Positions 1 to 9,685 of a stretch of 55,962 nucleotides of DNA are shown here, one piece after another (positions within the stretch are counted from its first letter, which is position 1; each line of letters begins with the position of its first letter). The position numbers and the translations under genes are program-made. The stretch is from Promethearchaeota archaeon (GTDB lineage: Archaea; Asgardarchaeota; Lokiarchaeia; Sigyniarchaeales; SOKP01). The notes beneath the pieces are model-generated. The model worked only from the letters and a program-made list of their open reading frames with translations, was not told where the DNA came from and did not search any database. The stretch is taken from assembly GCA_048938005.1 (NCBI GenBank), contig JBHLMQ010000015.1, positions 1 through 55,962 on the forward strand. Reading direction: 5' to 3'.

Positions 1-76
1 ACTTGACATTGAAATTTTTTTCACCAGCATTCCAATCTGCCTTTATGGCCTCATATGTTTCTTTAAAACTTGGCAT
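1..76 (-). CDS. Partial CDS (N-terminus only, runs off window), product unknown
   Basis: ATG at 76-74 opens a frame MPSFKETYEAIKADWNAGEKNFNVK to the window edge; it lies just downstream of the co-oriented 123-503 gene. Confidence 0.5.
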   Translation of the reverse strand, partial: MPSFKETYEAIKADWNAGEKNFNVK

Positions 77-122
77 AATATCTCATCTAATTTAAATTAA
101 ATTTTTTTTATTTTATTTTTTT

Positions 123-503
123 CTAAGCAGTGTGAGCATGATTAGAGTCACTTACACAGTTAGCATTCCCCATTATTCTTAATTTTCCCTGAATAAAGAG
201 TCTTATATTTTCATCAATGCTTGTATTCAAACCTTGATATAAATTTATCTTAACCTGTTGAAAACCCATAAATGGACGCATTCCAATACCGGTTAGAATC
301 ATTTCAGTAATATTTCGTTGTTTCATATTTATAACAGGTTCCATACATCCTGAATGACCATTATTAGCTAGTGCAAAGACTTTTCTATATTTACCATCAT
401 CAAAAATTTCGATTCCGATATAATAATTACAATGTCCAAAATGCGGTGATATGTTATCTGATAGTTCAGTGCCATTAGAGGGTATGCCAATAATTCTTTT
501 CAT
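123..503 (-). CDS. NifB/NifX (FeMo-cofactor biosynthesis-like) family protein
   Basis: Motifs ISPHFGHC, GHSGC and GIGMRP are typical of the NifX/NifB-like family; ATG at 503 preferred over GTG at 512. Confidence 0.8.
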   Translation of the reverse strand: MKRIIGIPSNGTELSDNISPHFGHCNYYIGIEIFDDGKYRKVFALANNGHSGCMEPVINMKQRNITEMILTGIGMRPFMGFQQVKINLYQGLNTSIDENIRLFIQGKLRIMGNANCVSDSNHAHTA

Positions 504-737
504 AGTTCTCACACTTTTTGCTTATATTATTCTTTTAATATTTTAAAAAATTAAATCTTTATTGTGAATAAATATTCTTAAAACTTAAATTTAATTATTA
601 TTCTTTTTGGGAGAAAATAGGACATTTATGTTAAGGTAATTTTGAATGATTATTCATAATATTTAAATTGTTATATGAATATTTATTACATAATCTGCTA
701 ATAATGAATAATTATTCAGATTTAATACTTAATTGAG

Positions 738-941
738 TTGTTGAGAAAATTGAAAACCTATAAAGAGTTAATAAAAGACGATACTTTTCATGCTGAAGAT
801 GAATATTTTGTTGATACTAAACTATATAAAATGTGTTGGGGCTGCGAAACAAAACATAAGTCAGGTCATATGGTTTGGGATGCTTCTAAGAAGCGAAGAA
901 TTTTTTTTTGTAAAGATTGCTATGCGAAGTTGAAAGATTAA
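738..941 (+). CDS. Small putative zinc-finger protein
   Basis: 67 aa with two CxxC pairs (CWGC, CKDC). Confidence 0.55.
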   Translation: MLRKLKTYKELIKDDTFHAEDEYFVDTKLYKMCWGCETKHKSGHMVWDASKKRRIFFCKDCYAKLKD

Positions 942-1085
942 CCCTGATAATTAATCACATCAAAAAAAATCCTAAAAGTTGAATTATAGTAGTCGCTGAA
1001 AGTGTTGACCATTATTTAACCATCAATTTAAAAAAATAAATTTTAAAGATATTATTCAAGAGGTTTTTATATCAATATTGATTAT

Positions 1086-1415
1086 TTGAAAGAGTTTGGA
1101 ATCCATAGTTCTTATGAGGGTATATTCATAATTGTTCTATGTTCTAAATGGTGTAAGTCTTGTAAATTATTCGCACCTATCTTAGGAAAATTTAGAGATA
1201 ATGGTTCTATTATGTTTAAAGAAATTGATATTGATGAAAATAGAAATTTAGTTCGAGAATTGAATATCTACGCGGTACCAGCTTTATTATTTTTTAAGGA
1301 TGGTAAACTTTTAAATAAAAACATTAAGATTAATGAGGAAATATTTGTTAATAAAGGAGTTATGATTGGAACTTTCGGTGAACAGATTTTAAAAGAAATA
1401 ATTAGGCAGGTGTAA
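1086..1415 (+). CDS. Thioredoxin-family protein
   Basis: WCKSC active-site-like motif, IDIDEN, and AVPALLFFKDG cis-Pro motif. Confidence 0.8.
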   Translation: MKEFGIHSSYEGIFIIVLCSKWCKSCKLFAPILGKFRDNGSIMFKEIDIDENRNLVRELNIYAVPALLFFKDGKLLNKNIKINEEIFVNKGVMIGTFGEQILKEIIRQV

Positions 1416-1662
1416 ACTTTAAAAAATTCAAAGCTTAAGTAGTCAAATCATTAGTTTAAATCAAAATAAGACTGGTATTGATAATTAATTTTTACATTTT
1501 TGAAGATTTGATTGTTTCTGGCACATTAATTGAAGTAGTCGAAGATTTAAGCTTAATTCTTTTGAATTATTCTCTAAGGAAAAAAATTGCTTAAATTAAT
1601 CGATCATAATTATAATACCAAACTAATAGTAAAAAATCAAATTAACAGAGAAATATAGCAAA

Positions 1663-2439
1663 TTGAATAAATCGATAGCATTTACGGGAAAGGGTGGCGT
1701 GGGAAAAACTACATGTCTAATTCTTTTTCTAAAATTTCTGATTGAAAGCAAAAAAGAATATAGGATCCTTGTTATAGATGCGGATCCAGACGCAAATATT
1801 GCTGATGTAATCGGTAAAGAAATCCATTTTAAGGATACTATTGCTGGTAAAATGACTAATCTCAGAAAGAAAATTAAAATGAATATTATATTTCCTTACA
1901 ATGATAAAAAGCAAGCAATTGAAGCTGAAATTTTTAATTGCTTTATTCATCTTAAATCTTTTGATGTTATAGAGATGGGAAGAACAGAAGGTGAGGGGTG
2001 CTATTGTAATGTAAATAATGTTTTAAAAAATGCTCTTGACATTATCTCCGAGAATTATGATCTTGTTTTAGTGGATACACCTGCAGGTTTAGAACATTTT
2101 GCTCGAAAGACTGGAAAAGATATATCAGATTTGATGATCATAGTTGATCCAAGTAAAATGGCATTCCATACGTTGAAAAGAATATTAGAAGTATCAAAAG
2201 AAGTAAGCCTGAAATTTAAGAATTATTGGGTTTTAGGCAATAGATTTTCAACAGTTAATAAAGAAATCTTGATTAAGAAATTAAATTTCTCAGATGAGCG
2301 TGAAATTAAATTATTAGGCTTTATCCCGGAAGATGAAGAAATAATGAAATATAACTTACTAGGTAAGAATCTCTTGAAATTATCAAGTGAAAACATTGCT
2401 TATAAACAGGTTAAGGAGATTTTTGCGAAGCATTTTTAA
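1663..2439 (+). CDS. cooC: CooC/AcsF-type nickel-insertion ATPase (MinD/ParA family)
   Basis: Deviant Walker A GKGGVGKTT, IDADPD, Ni-binding GEGCYC, DTPAGLEHF. Confidence 0.8.
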   Translation: MNKSIAFTGKGGVGKTTCLILFLKFLIESKKEYRILVIDADPDANIADVIGKEIHFKDTIAGKMTNLRKKIKMNIIFPYNDKKQAIEAEIFNCFIHLKSFDVIEMGRTEGEGCYCNVNNVLKNALDIISENYDLVLVDTPAGLEHFARKTGKDISDLMIIVDPSKMAFHTLKRILEVSKEVSLKFKNYWVLGNRFSTVNKEILIKKLNFSDEREIKLLGFIPEDEEIMKYNLLGKNLLKLSSENIAYKQVKEIFAKHF

Positions 2440-2630
2440 TTTATAATTTTTTATTGTTATGTGTATAATTAGGCTAATTTCAGTTATTTTATTTAATAAA
2501 GAGCCTTTTTAAAAAAAGAGAATATCAAGATTAAGATATCCTAATTTAATTTTTATTTTTAGCAGAAATAAGTCTCTATAATACTTTTTTTAAAGATTAA
2601 AAATAAGAGAATACAGAATATTTTGAAATT

Positions 2631-3491
2631 TTAAGTTGGAAATTTAATTTTATCTAACGCAATTTCAAAATCTTTTTCTTTTTTGATTAAAACTCCCAAG
2701 AATGGAATTTCTTTCTTTAATTCTTCCATAGAGATACCACTTTTCAATAACACTCCAATCCAATCAAGCAATTCAGATGTTGATGGCATTTTCCTTAGCT
2801 TTGTTATGGCTCTTAATGCATAAAAGTGTTGTAAACATTGGTTTAATAAGTGTTGCTTCAAATTTGGATAATGCAATAAACAAATTTCTGCCATAAAATC
2901 TTTAGATGGAAATTCTATCCAGTGAAATACACATCTCCTTAGGAAAGCATCGGGAAGTTCCTTCTCATTATTGGAAGTAATTACTACAATTGGTCTTGTT
3001 TTAGCTTTTATGAATTCTTTTGTTTCTTTAATATAAAATTCCATAACATCTAATTCTTGCAATAGATCATTAGGAAACTCAATATCAGCTTTGTCAATTT
3101 CATCTATTAAAAGAACAACTTGTTCATCAGAAACAAAAGCATCTCCTAATGGACCAAGAGTAATGTAATCATGAATATTATTAACGTTTCGATCCTCACA
3201 TCCAAACCTACTATCATTTAATCTCTGAACTGTATCATACATATAGCACCCATCAATAGCTTCGCTTGTGCTTTTTATGTTCCAAATTATCAATCTTTTG
3301 TTTAAACTTTCAGCTATTGCATGGGCAAGCATAGTTTTCCCAGTTCCTGGTTCTCCTTTAACTAATAAGGGACGCCCGAGAGCTATGGCAACATTTACGA
3401 TATTTCTAAGCTGAGGATCAGCAAGATATTTAACATTCTCAGTTTTTACGTCTCCTCGGAATTTGTTAAATCCCACATTACTTATACTCAT
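2631..3491 (-). CDS. MoxR-family AAA+ ATPase
   Basis: GEPGTGKT Walker A, LLIDEIDKAD Walker B, TSNNEKELPDAFLRRC. Confidence 0.88.
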   Translation of the reverse strand: MSISNVGFNKFRGDVKTENVKYLADPQLRNIVNVAIALGRPLLVKGEPGTGKTMLAHAIAESLNKRLIIWNIKSTSEAIDGCYMYDTVQRLNDSRFGCEDRNVNNIHDYITLGPLGDAFVSDEQVVLLIDEIDKADIEFPNDLLQELDVMEFYIKETKEFIKAKTRPIVVITSNNEKELPDAFLRRCVFHWIEFPSKDFMAEICLLHYPNLKQHLLNQCLQHFYALRAITKLRKMPSTSELLDWIGVLLKSGISMEELKKEIPFLGVLIKKEKDFEIALDKIKFPT

Positions 3492-3691
3492 AATTAAATG
3501 AAATTAATTTAAAATTAAATAATTTTTTAATATGATAACTTTCTTACATAGTAAAATTCTATTATTAAGATCCATAGAGGATTTTTTTTCTATTTACTAA
3601 AATTAAAAAGTTCTCACTTGATTATCATTATAACTAGACATGACTAGTTCCGTTATTTTCTAAATTCTGCTCTTTATAATTAAAAAAAAGA

Positions 3692-3706
3692 GAAAAGTTT
3701 TAAATA
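3692..3706 (+). promoter_or_regulatory. Putative archaeal BRE/TATA promoter of mscL
   Basis: GAAAAG followed by TTTAAATA about 85 nt upstream of the mscL ATG; the AT-rich background lowers specificity. Confidence 0.35.
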
Positions 3707-3788
3707 GGTCTTCGTAAAATCATAATTTACTATACGTTCTATTTTAGTTCAAAATTCAATATATAGTAAAATTAAGGAGAGGAATCTT

Positions 3789-4154
3789 ATGTCAAAAGAA
3801 GATGATATGTTAGAAGAATTAAAAAAAATTAGAGAATTTCTCAGTCCTCCCCCACCACCTCCGCCACCAAAAAATATGCTTGAAGAATTTAAGCAATTTA
3901 TTAAAAATTATAAAGTAATGGGGCTAGCTGTCGCTTTTATTATGGGAATCTATGTTGGAAGTTTGATTTCCGCTTTGGTTAGTGATTTAATCATGCCAAT
4001 ATTATCTTTTATCCCGGGATTAAGTAATTGGGAAGATTTAGTAGTAGGGGATTTTAGGATTGGTCACTTCCTTAATGCTTTAATAACTTTTATTATCGTA
4101 GCCTTTGTGATTTTCTTGTTAGTAAAACTCACTAAACGAATAGGAATTGAGTAA
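3789..4154 (+). CDS. mscL: Large-conductance mechanosensitive channel MscL-family protein with N-terminal helix and poly-Pro linker
   Basis: MLEEFKQFI, GLAVAFIMG (TM1), SLISALVSDLIMP, GHFLNALITFIIVAFVIF (TM2); purine-rich SD AAGGAGAGG upstream. Confidence 0.85.
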   Translation: MSKEDDMLEELKKIREFLSPPPPPPPPKNMLEEFKQFIKNYKVMGLAVAFIMGIYVGSLISALVSDLIMPILSFIPGLSNWEDLVVGDFRIGHFLNALITFIIVAFVIFLLVKLTKRIGIE

Positions 4155-4201
4155 ATAATTCTTTAATATAAAAAATTAAATAAAAAAAAAAATTTTTTTT
4201 T
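4155..4201. terminator. Putative bidirectional oligo-T terminator region
   Basis: Long A-tract followed by T-tract between the convergent mscL and thiolase genes. Confidence 0.4.
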
Positions 4202-5389
4202 TTAATCTCTCTGTCCTAAGACTGTTACAGAGCAAACTGTAAAAGCACCACCGAGATTGTGGCATAATCCAACTTTTGCATCAGGAACTTGTCTTCCTTC
4301 TGCTCTTCCTTGGAGTTGTTTAGTTATTTCCGTTAGCATCCGACATCCCGTACTTCCAATTGGATGACCAAATGATTTTAGCCCACCTGATGGATTGATT
4401 GCAATTTCTCCGTCCCAATTGAATGTACCATTTTTTAATTCTTCAGCAGCCGTTCCTCTCTCGCAAAATTGTAAATCTTGGCAATTTAAAAGTTCAGTGA
4501 TTGTAAAGCAATCATGAACTTCGGCACAATCAATTTCTTTACGAGGTTCGGAAATTCCTGCTTCTTTATAAGCATAGACCCCAGCCTTTTCAGTTGCAGG
4601 AAAATGTGTAAATTCTGCTCCTGGACCTCCTGAAGGAACATACCAAGGAAAATTGGTTTGACATGAAATTGCATTGGCTTTAACTAAGATATAATCATCA
4701 GCATGAGCATAACTTTCAGCTAATTCGGGTCTTGTTAATATAAGAGCAGCAGCACCATCACTCATGGCACAACAATCAAATCGACCAAGTGGATCAGCCA
4801 TCATGGGGGCTTTCATTACTTGATCAATAGTGATTCTATTTCGAAAATGTGCTTTAGGATGATCAGCGCCATTATCATGATTTTTTACAGCAACTCGAGC
4901 TAAATCTTCTTTTGTCCATCCGTATTCATGAAAGCTTCTTGTGGCAGCCATAGAAAACATCGCTGGTGCAGATGGAGTTGGATATAAAGGATGTCCAAAA
5001 ATTTTAAATCCTGGAAGTCCACTCCCTCCCTCATCCATTAATTTTTCTACTCCACAAGCAAGTACTACATCATATGCGCCAGAAGCAATAGCAAATGATG
5101 CATTTCTAAATGCATCCATTCCACTTGCGCAATAATTTTCAACTCTAGTTGAAGGCTTTCCATCTAACCTTAGAATATCTTCGACCATAGCACCAGAGAG
5201 ACCAGTAAAATAATAAAATATTCCAACCCAGCTGGCATCAATTTCATCTTTTTTAATTCCAGTATCTTTTAGTGCACCTTGAAAAGCCTCAAAAAGAAGG
5301 TCATATTGATTTTTATCCCATAACTCTCCATATTTCGTCATATCACAGCCAATTATTGCAACTTTATCTTTTATTCCTGTTCTTGCCAT
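4202..5389 (-). CDS. Thiolase (SCP2/archaeal acetyl-CoA acetyltransferase type)
   Basis: VENYCASG catalytic Cys, EVHDCF, NPSGGLKSFGHPIGSTG, HNLGG; ATG 5389 lies downstream of a GGAGG SD. Confidence 0.9.
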   Translation of the reverse strand: MARTGIKDKVAIIGCDMTKYGELWDKNQYDLLFEAFQGALKDTGIKKDEIDASWVGIFYYFTGLSGAMVEDILRLDGKPSTRVENYCASGMDAFRNASFAIASGAYDVVLACGVEKLMDEGGSGLPGFKIFGHPLYPTPSAPAMFSMAATRSFHEYGWTKEDLARVAVKNHDNGADHPKAHFRNRITIDQVMKAPMMADPLGRFDCCAMSDGAAALILTRPELAESYAHADDYILVKANAISCQTNFPWYVPSGGPGAEFTHFPATEKAGVYAYKEAGISEPRKEIDCAEVHDCFTITELLNCQDLQFCERGTAAEELKNGTFNWDGEIAINPSGGLKSFGHPIGSTGCRMLTEITKQLQGRAEGRQVPDAKVGLCHNLGGAFTVCSVTVLGQRD

Positions 5390-5404
5390 TTTTATCAACC
5401 TCCT

Positions 5405-6844
5405 TTATGGTCTCCCCCTTTCGGGACGACATTTCCAATAATAATTTTTAAATTCAGCACCTTCATGTTCTTTTCTGAAGGTTAATTCTACCCGCATACC
5501 TATTTGAACATTTTCCTCAGGTTTCTCAATTTCTGTCATGTTTACTAGGACTCTTCCTCCACCATCTAAATCAATCACACATCGAGGTACAGGTATATCC
5601 AAATATGTTCCACCCACCAAATGATCTAAAGTGAATGTAAAGATAGTTCCTTTTAATGAGAGTTTTACACGCTCAAATTGATCATCTGCTCTACAAATAT
5701 AACAAGAACGCAGCATATCCGGATACTGAATTGTTCCGCAATTTTTGCATTTAACTCCATACCACTTGTAAACCGACGCGGTATCACGCCAAATTGTTAC
5801 AGCTGAGCTTTTTCTAGTATACCTATCTTTTTCGAGAATTTCCTTAAAGTCAAGAAACTTATTGTAATTCTTTAGTGATTTCATAGATTTCTGATGACCA
5901 GTGAACCCCATTCGAGTTTTTCCAAGGTCTCTTAGAGCATCTCTATCTCTAACTTGCATTAGAATTGCATCTGCTCCATCACCAAATCCTGCCATTATTA
6001 TTTTCGCATCAGGTTTAGGTCTTCTTAGAGCGCCGATAAGAAGTAAAAATGGCATTGGTGTCCCCAAATCACCAAGTTGAAAAAAGACACTATTTTGAGC
6101 AACTCCTCCAGCAAATTTCATTATTTTTGAAACTCTTCCATGCATTCTAGGATTATTGTAATAGTATGCTGCAGCACTGATCTCTTCAGGTTGTAAATTA
6201 TTTCTCTTTAAAATTTCAGACATTACTTTTGTGATATTTTCAAAATAGAATTTTGTATCCATTTTTGCTTCGAAAGTTCTTATGAATTTATCTTTATCTG
6301 CTCTTTTCCAAGGTCCAGTAACATTAGCAGAAACTGAATAATAATCATCAATCGATAAAGGTAAATTATCTTCTTCTGCTATAAGTAATGCAGCTGCACC
6401 ATCTGCAAATCCAAATTCCCACCATGTTGATGGTTCTGGAGCTCTAGTATCTGCCGCAACTACAAGAATGCTATTAATATCTTTATTAGCTTTAATAGCA
6501 TCAACTGCTCTAGCAACTGCTGTTGTCCCTGCTTTTAAAGAATCTGTAAAATCTGCAGTAATAATATCTTCTCTCAAATCTAATACAGTGGCAATTAAAG
6601 AAGCAGAATCTTTCTCTGTATAAACTTGAGTTGTCGATGCAAAAAATAATCCATCAACAGATTTTGGGTCAATTCCCATTAAACAATCTAAACCAGCTTC
6701 AACTGACATAGTGAGACTGTCTTCATCAGCCATAGCTACTGCTTTTGTACCAGGCACAATAGGAAAATCCCAAGCTTTACCTATTAGCTCACGTGGTAAT
6801 AGATATCTAGGCAAATAAGCTCCATATGATTTTATTCCTATCAA
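5405..6844 (-). CDS. HMG-CoA-synthase-like domain fused to DUF35 (Zn-ribbon + OB-fold)
   Basis: N-terminus GIKSYGAYLP, DEDSLTMSVEA, DGAAALLI; C-terminus CKNC..CYIC followed by an OB-fold ending YYWKCRP. Confidence 0.85.
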   Translation of the reverse strand: MIGIKSYGAYLPRYLLPRELIGKAWDFPIVPGTKAVAMADEDSLTMSVEAGLDCLMGIDPKSVDGLFFASTTQVYTEKDSASLIATVLDLREDIITADFTDSLKAGTTAVARAVDAIKANKDINSILVVAADTRAPEPSTWWEFGFADGAAALLIAEEDNLPLSIDDYYSVSANVTGPWKRADKDKFIRTFEAKMDTKFYFENITKVMSEILKRNNLQPEEISAAAYYYNNPRMHGRVSKIMKFAGGVAQNSVFFQLGDLGTPMPFLLLIGALRRPKPDAKIIMAGFGDGADAILMQVRDRDALRDLGKTRMGFTGHQKSMKSLKNYNKFLDFKEILEKDRYTRKSSAVTIWRDTASVYKWYGVKCKNCGTIQYPDMLRSCYICRADDQFERVKLSLKGTIFTFTLDHLVGGTYLDIPVPRCVIDLDGGGRVLVNMTEIEKPEENVQIGMRVELTFRKEHEGAEFKNYYWKCRPERGRP

Positions 6845-7164
6845 TTTTTATTTTCTCCCCTTTTCTATTTTTAATACTCATTTTAAAATTATTATATATA
6901 TGATTTTGAATGTATCACAATAAATATATTTCCTCAAAATTGAATGAAATTATCAACTGAAATGTATGAATAGGAATATAGATTTTTACTTTTTTGTATT
7001 AATTTTTTTGAAAAAATAACACAACTCAAAAAGAAATATACATATTTTGAAGTTCTGCAACTTTTAAGGAGTTTCCTCGTTATGGGGATAACTATGGGTA
7101 GAATTCTTAGAAAAGTTTTTCAAAGTATCACTCTTTATTCATTTATATTTAATTATATAATAAT

Positions 7165-8547
7165 TTGAAATCAAAAATGAATGGTCCTCCAGAGCCTTTT
7201 AAGATTAAGATGATTGAGCATGTTGGAATGCCTGATCAAAAAAGAAGAACTAAAGCTATAAAAGAAGCGGGTTATAATACATTTCTTTTGAAATCTGAAG
7301 ATGTGTATATTGATCTTTTAACCGACTCTGGAACTTCTGCCATGTCGGATGTTCAATGGTCGGGAATGATGTTGGGTGACGAGGCTTATGCTGGTGCACG
7401 TAGTTTTTATAAACTTGAAAAAGCAATACAAGATGTACTAGGGTATGAATATGTCGTCCCTACTCATCAGGGACGTGGTGCAGAACATCTGATGTATAGT
7501 CATCTTACTAATCCAGGACAAATTGTTCCAAGAAATATGTATTTCACAACATCAAAAGCTCATGTAGAATTAGCAGGAGGAAAAATGGTAGATGCTATAA
7601 TTGATGAAGCACATGATCCACAAAATTTGCACCCTTTTAAGGGAAATATGGATTTAAACAAGCTTCAAGCGTATATAGATGAATACAGCCTTGAAAAGGT
7701 TGCTTTCGTAAATGTGGAATTTAATTGTAATATGTCAGGGGGTCAACCTGTTTCTATGCGGAATTTAAAAGAATTACGCGAATTTTGCAATGATTATAAT
7801 TTGAAGATTATTGTTGATGCAACTAGATCGAGTGAAAACGCTTATTTTATTAGAGAACGAGAAAAAGGTTATGAAAATACTCCTATAGTTGATATTCTCA
7901 GAGAGATGATGAGTTATACAGATGGGTGTATATATAGTGCGAAGAAGGATTGTTTAGTTAATATGGGTGGATTTTTAGCTACTCATAGTAAAGATATTTT
8001 CGATTACACAAGAGGTATGGTTGTTTTATTCGAGGGGCTCCATACTTACGGTGGAATGGCAGGTCGAGATATGGAAGCTGTAGCTCTTGGCTTACGAGAA
8101 GGTGCCCAATATGAATATCTGAAATATAGAATTAACCAAGTGCGTTATTTAGGTGAGTTATTGATCAAAGCGGGAATTTCTATCGTAAAACCAATTGGAG
8201 GTCATGGCGTTTTTCTTGATGCTTTAAAATTCTTACCTCATCTTCCAAGGGATCAATGGCCTGCACAAACTCTTTCAGCTGCAATATACGAAGATTCAGC
8301 AGTGAGAACTATGGAGAGAGGAGCTGTTTCTAAAGGTAGAGATAAAGAAACTGGAGAAAATATCTTTCCTAAATTAGAACTTGTTAGACTTACAATACCC
8401 CGAAGAGTGTACACTAATACTCATATGGAGTACACAGCGGAATCAATAATAAGACTTTATGAGAAAAGGGATTCAATAACAGGTTTAAAAATGGTTTTTG
8501 AACCTCAACATTTGCGGTTTTTCCAAGCTAGATTTGAGCATTTATAA
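7165..8547 (+). CDS. tpl: Tyrosine phenol-lyase (beta-eliminating lyase, tryptophanase family)
   Basis: DLLTDSGT, GDEAYAG, HQGRGAE, PLP-lysine SAKKD. NMYFTT, MERG and LRFF match TPL rather than tryptophanase. Start may be ATG 7177. Confidence 0.8.
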   Translation: MKSKMNGPPEPFKIKMIEHVGMPDQKRRTKAIKEAGYNTFLLKSEDVYIDLLTDSGTSAMSDVQWSGMMLGDEAYAGARSFYKLEKAIQDVLGYEYVVPTHQGRGAEHLMYSHLTNPGQIVPRNMYFTTSKAHVELAGGKMVDAIIDEAHDPQNLHPFKGNMDLNKLQAYIDEYSLEKVAFVNVEFNCNMSGGQPVSMRNLKELREFCNDYNLKIIVDATRSSENAYFIREREKGYENTPIVDILREMMSYTDGCIYSAKKDCLVNMGGFLATHSKDIFDYTRGMVVLFEGLHTYGGMAGRDMEAVALGLREGAQYEYLKYRINQVRYLGELLIKAGISIVKPIGGHGVFLDALKFLPHLPRDQWPAQTLSAAIYEDSAVRTMERGAVSKGRDKETGENIFPKLELVRLTIPRRVYTNTHMEYTAESIIRLYEKRDSITGLKMVFEPQHLRFFQARFEHL

Positions 8548-8583
8548 AAATCAAAAAAAAATTATACAACATGAGATATAAAT

Positions 8584-9072
8584 TTGGAATCAAACAATAA
8601 GCGAGGTATAGGGCAAGAGCATCCTAAATCATATTTGATACAATTTTTAGCGGCGATAATTTTTTTTTCCCTATGGATTTTAGATTCTTTTATTTTTATG
8701 TTCTCAACTGTATTATCAAGTTTTATTCCATTTCTTATCCGTTTAATCTTATTTTTAGGCCTATTAGTAATTGGCTGTTTTTTAATATTCAGAACGGGTC
8801 ATATTTTATTCCATGATGAAAAATTATCTTCTAAGTTGATAAAAACAAGAATTTTTGCACATACAAGACACCCGTTATACCTTGGTATTTTGATCCTTTA
8901 TCTTAGCTTAATTCTTTTAACAGTATCATTGATTTCAATTATCGGATTTATAATAGTCTTTTTTTTATATGATCGAATAGCTACTTTTGAGGAAAAAAAT
9001 CTTGAGAAAGTATTTAAAGAAGAATATTTAGAATACAAGCAAACAGTCCCTAAATGGTTTCCTCGTTTTTAA
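8584..9072 (+). CDS. Isoprenylcysteine carboxyl methyltransferase / PEMT-family membrane protein
   Basis: Several TM helices, RHPLY motif, EEKNL..F.EEY..YK..VP.W. Confidence 0.85.
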   Translation: MESNNKRGIGQEHPKSYLIQFLAAIIFFSLWILDSFIFMFSTVLSSFIPFLIRLILFLGLLVIGCFLIFRTGHILFHDEKLSSKLIKTRIFAHTRHPLYLGILILYLSLILLTVSLISIIGFIIVFFLYDRIATFEEKNLEKVFKEEYLEYKQTVPKWFPRF

Positions 9073-9105
9073 TTCTTATAAAGCAGAATTGACAGGAATT
9101 ATTAA

Positions 9106-9189
9106 GATACAATCCTAAGTTTAAAGATGGTTTTTGAACCTAAATATTTACAGTTTTTCCAGGCTAGATTCGATCAACTTCCTCTTTAA
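9106..9189 (+). pseudogene. Remnant copy of the tpl 3' end
   Basis: Translates DTILSLKMVFEPKYLQFFQARFDQLPL* versus tpl C-terminus DSITGLKMVFEPQHLRFFQARFEHL* (8470-8547); 59/75 nt identical by manual count; in-frame TAA immediately upstream. Confidence 0.8.
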
Positions 9190-9194
9190 TAATC

Positions 9195-9683
9195 TTAAAA
9201 CCTTTTTTCAAGAACTGTAATAATTGGTTGAAAGCCTGCTTTACCAAAAACATCAATTAATTTTTTAGTTGTTTTATAAGCAAGGTTAATTCGGATAGAA
9301 TCACACCCCCATGACTCGAGAATTTGAGTAGCTTTATCTGCTAAGAGTTTACCTACACCTTTGCCAATAAATTCTTTTTTAGTGGCCCAATTATCCAAAT
9401 AACCAATATATCGTCCAAGTGTATTTTTTACTGCTTCAATCATCCCCATACTTACAACTTGCCCAGTAGACTTTAATTCAGCAATTAATGTTATTCGTTT
9501 AAGATTTGGTTTAAATTGCCTTAATCCAGAAGATTCTCTCCATTGTTTTTCATTAAAACCGATATCATATTGATCCTGAAGTTCTTTTAGAATTTCTAAA
9601 GTTACTTGATAATCTGAAGTGCGATAATTTCTGATAATTATATCTTCTTCTTTTATTTCATCATTTGACATTAAAATCTCCAT
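9195..9683 (-). CDS. GNAT-family N-acetyltransferase
   Basis: IIIRNY N-terminal strand, acetyl-CoA motif FIGKGVGKLL, C-terminal F.KAGF. Confidence 0.75.
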   Translation of the reverse strand: MEILMSNDEIKEEDIIIRNYRTSDYQVTLEILKELQDQYDIGFNEKQWRESSGLRQFKPNLKRITLIAELKSTGQVVSMGMIEAVKNTLGRYIGYLDNWATKKEFIGKGVGKLLADKATQILESWGCDSIRINLAYKTTKKLIDVFGKAGFQPIITVLEKRF

Positions 9684-9685
9684 TT

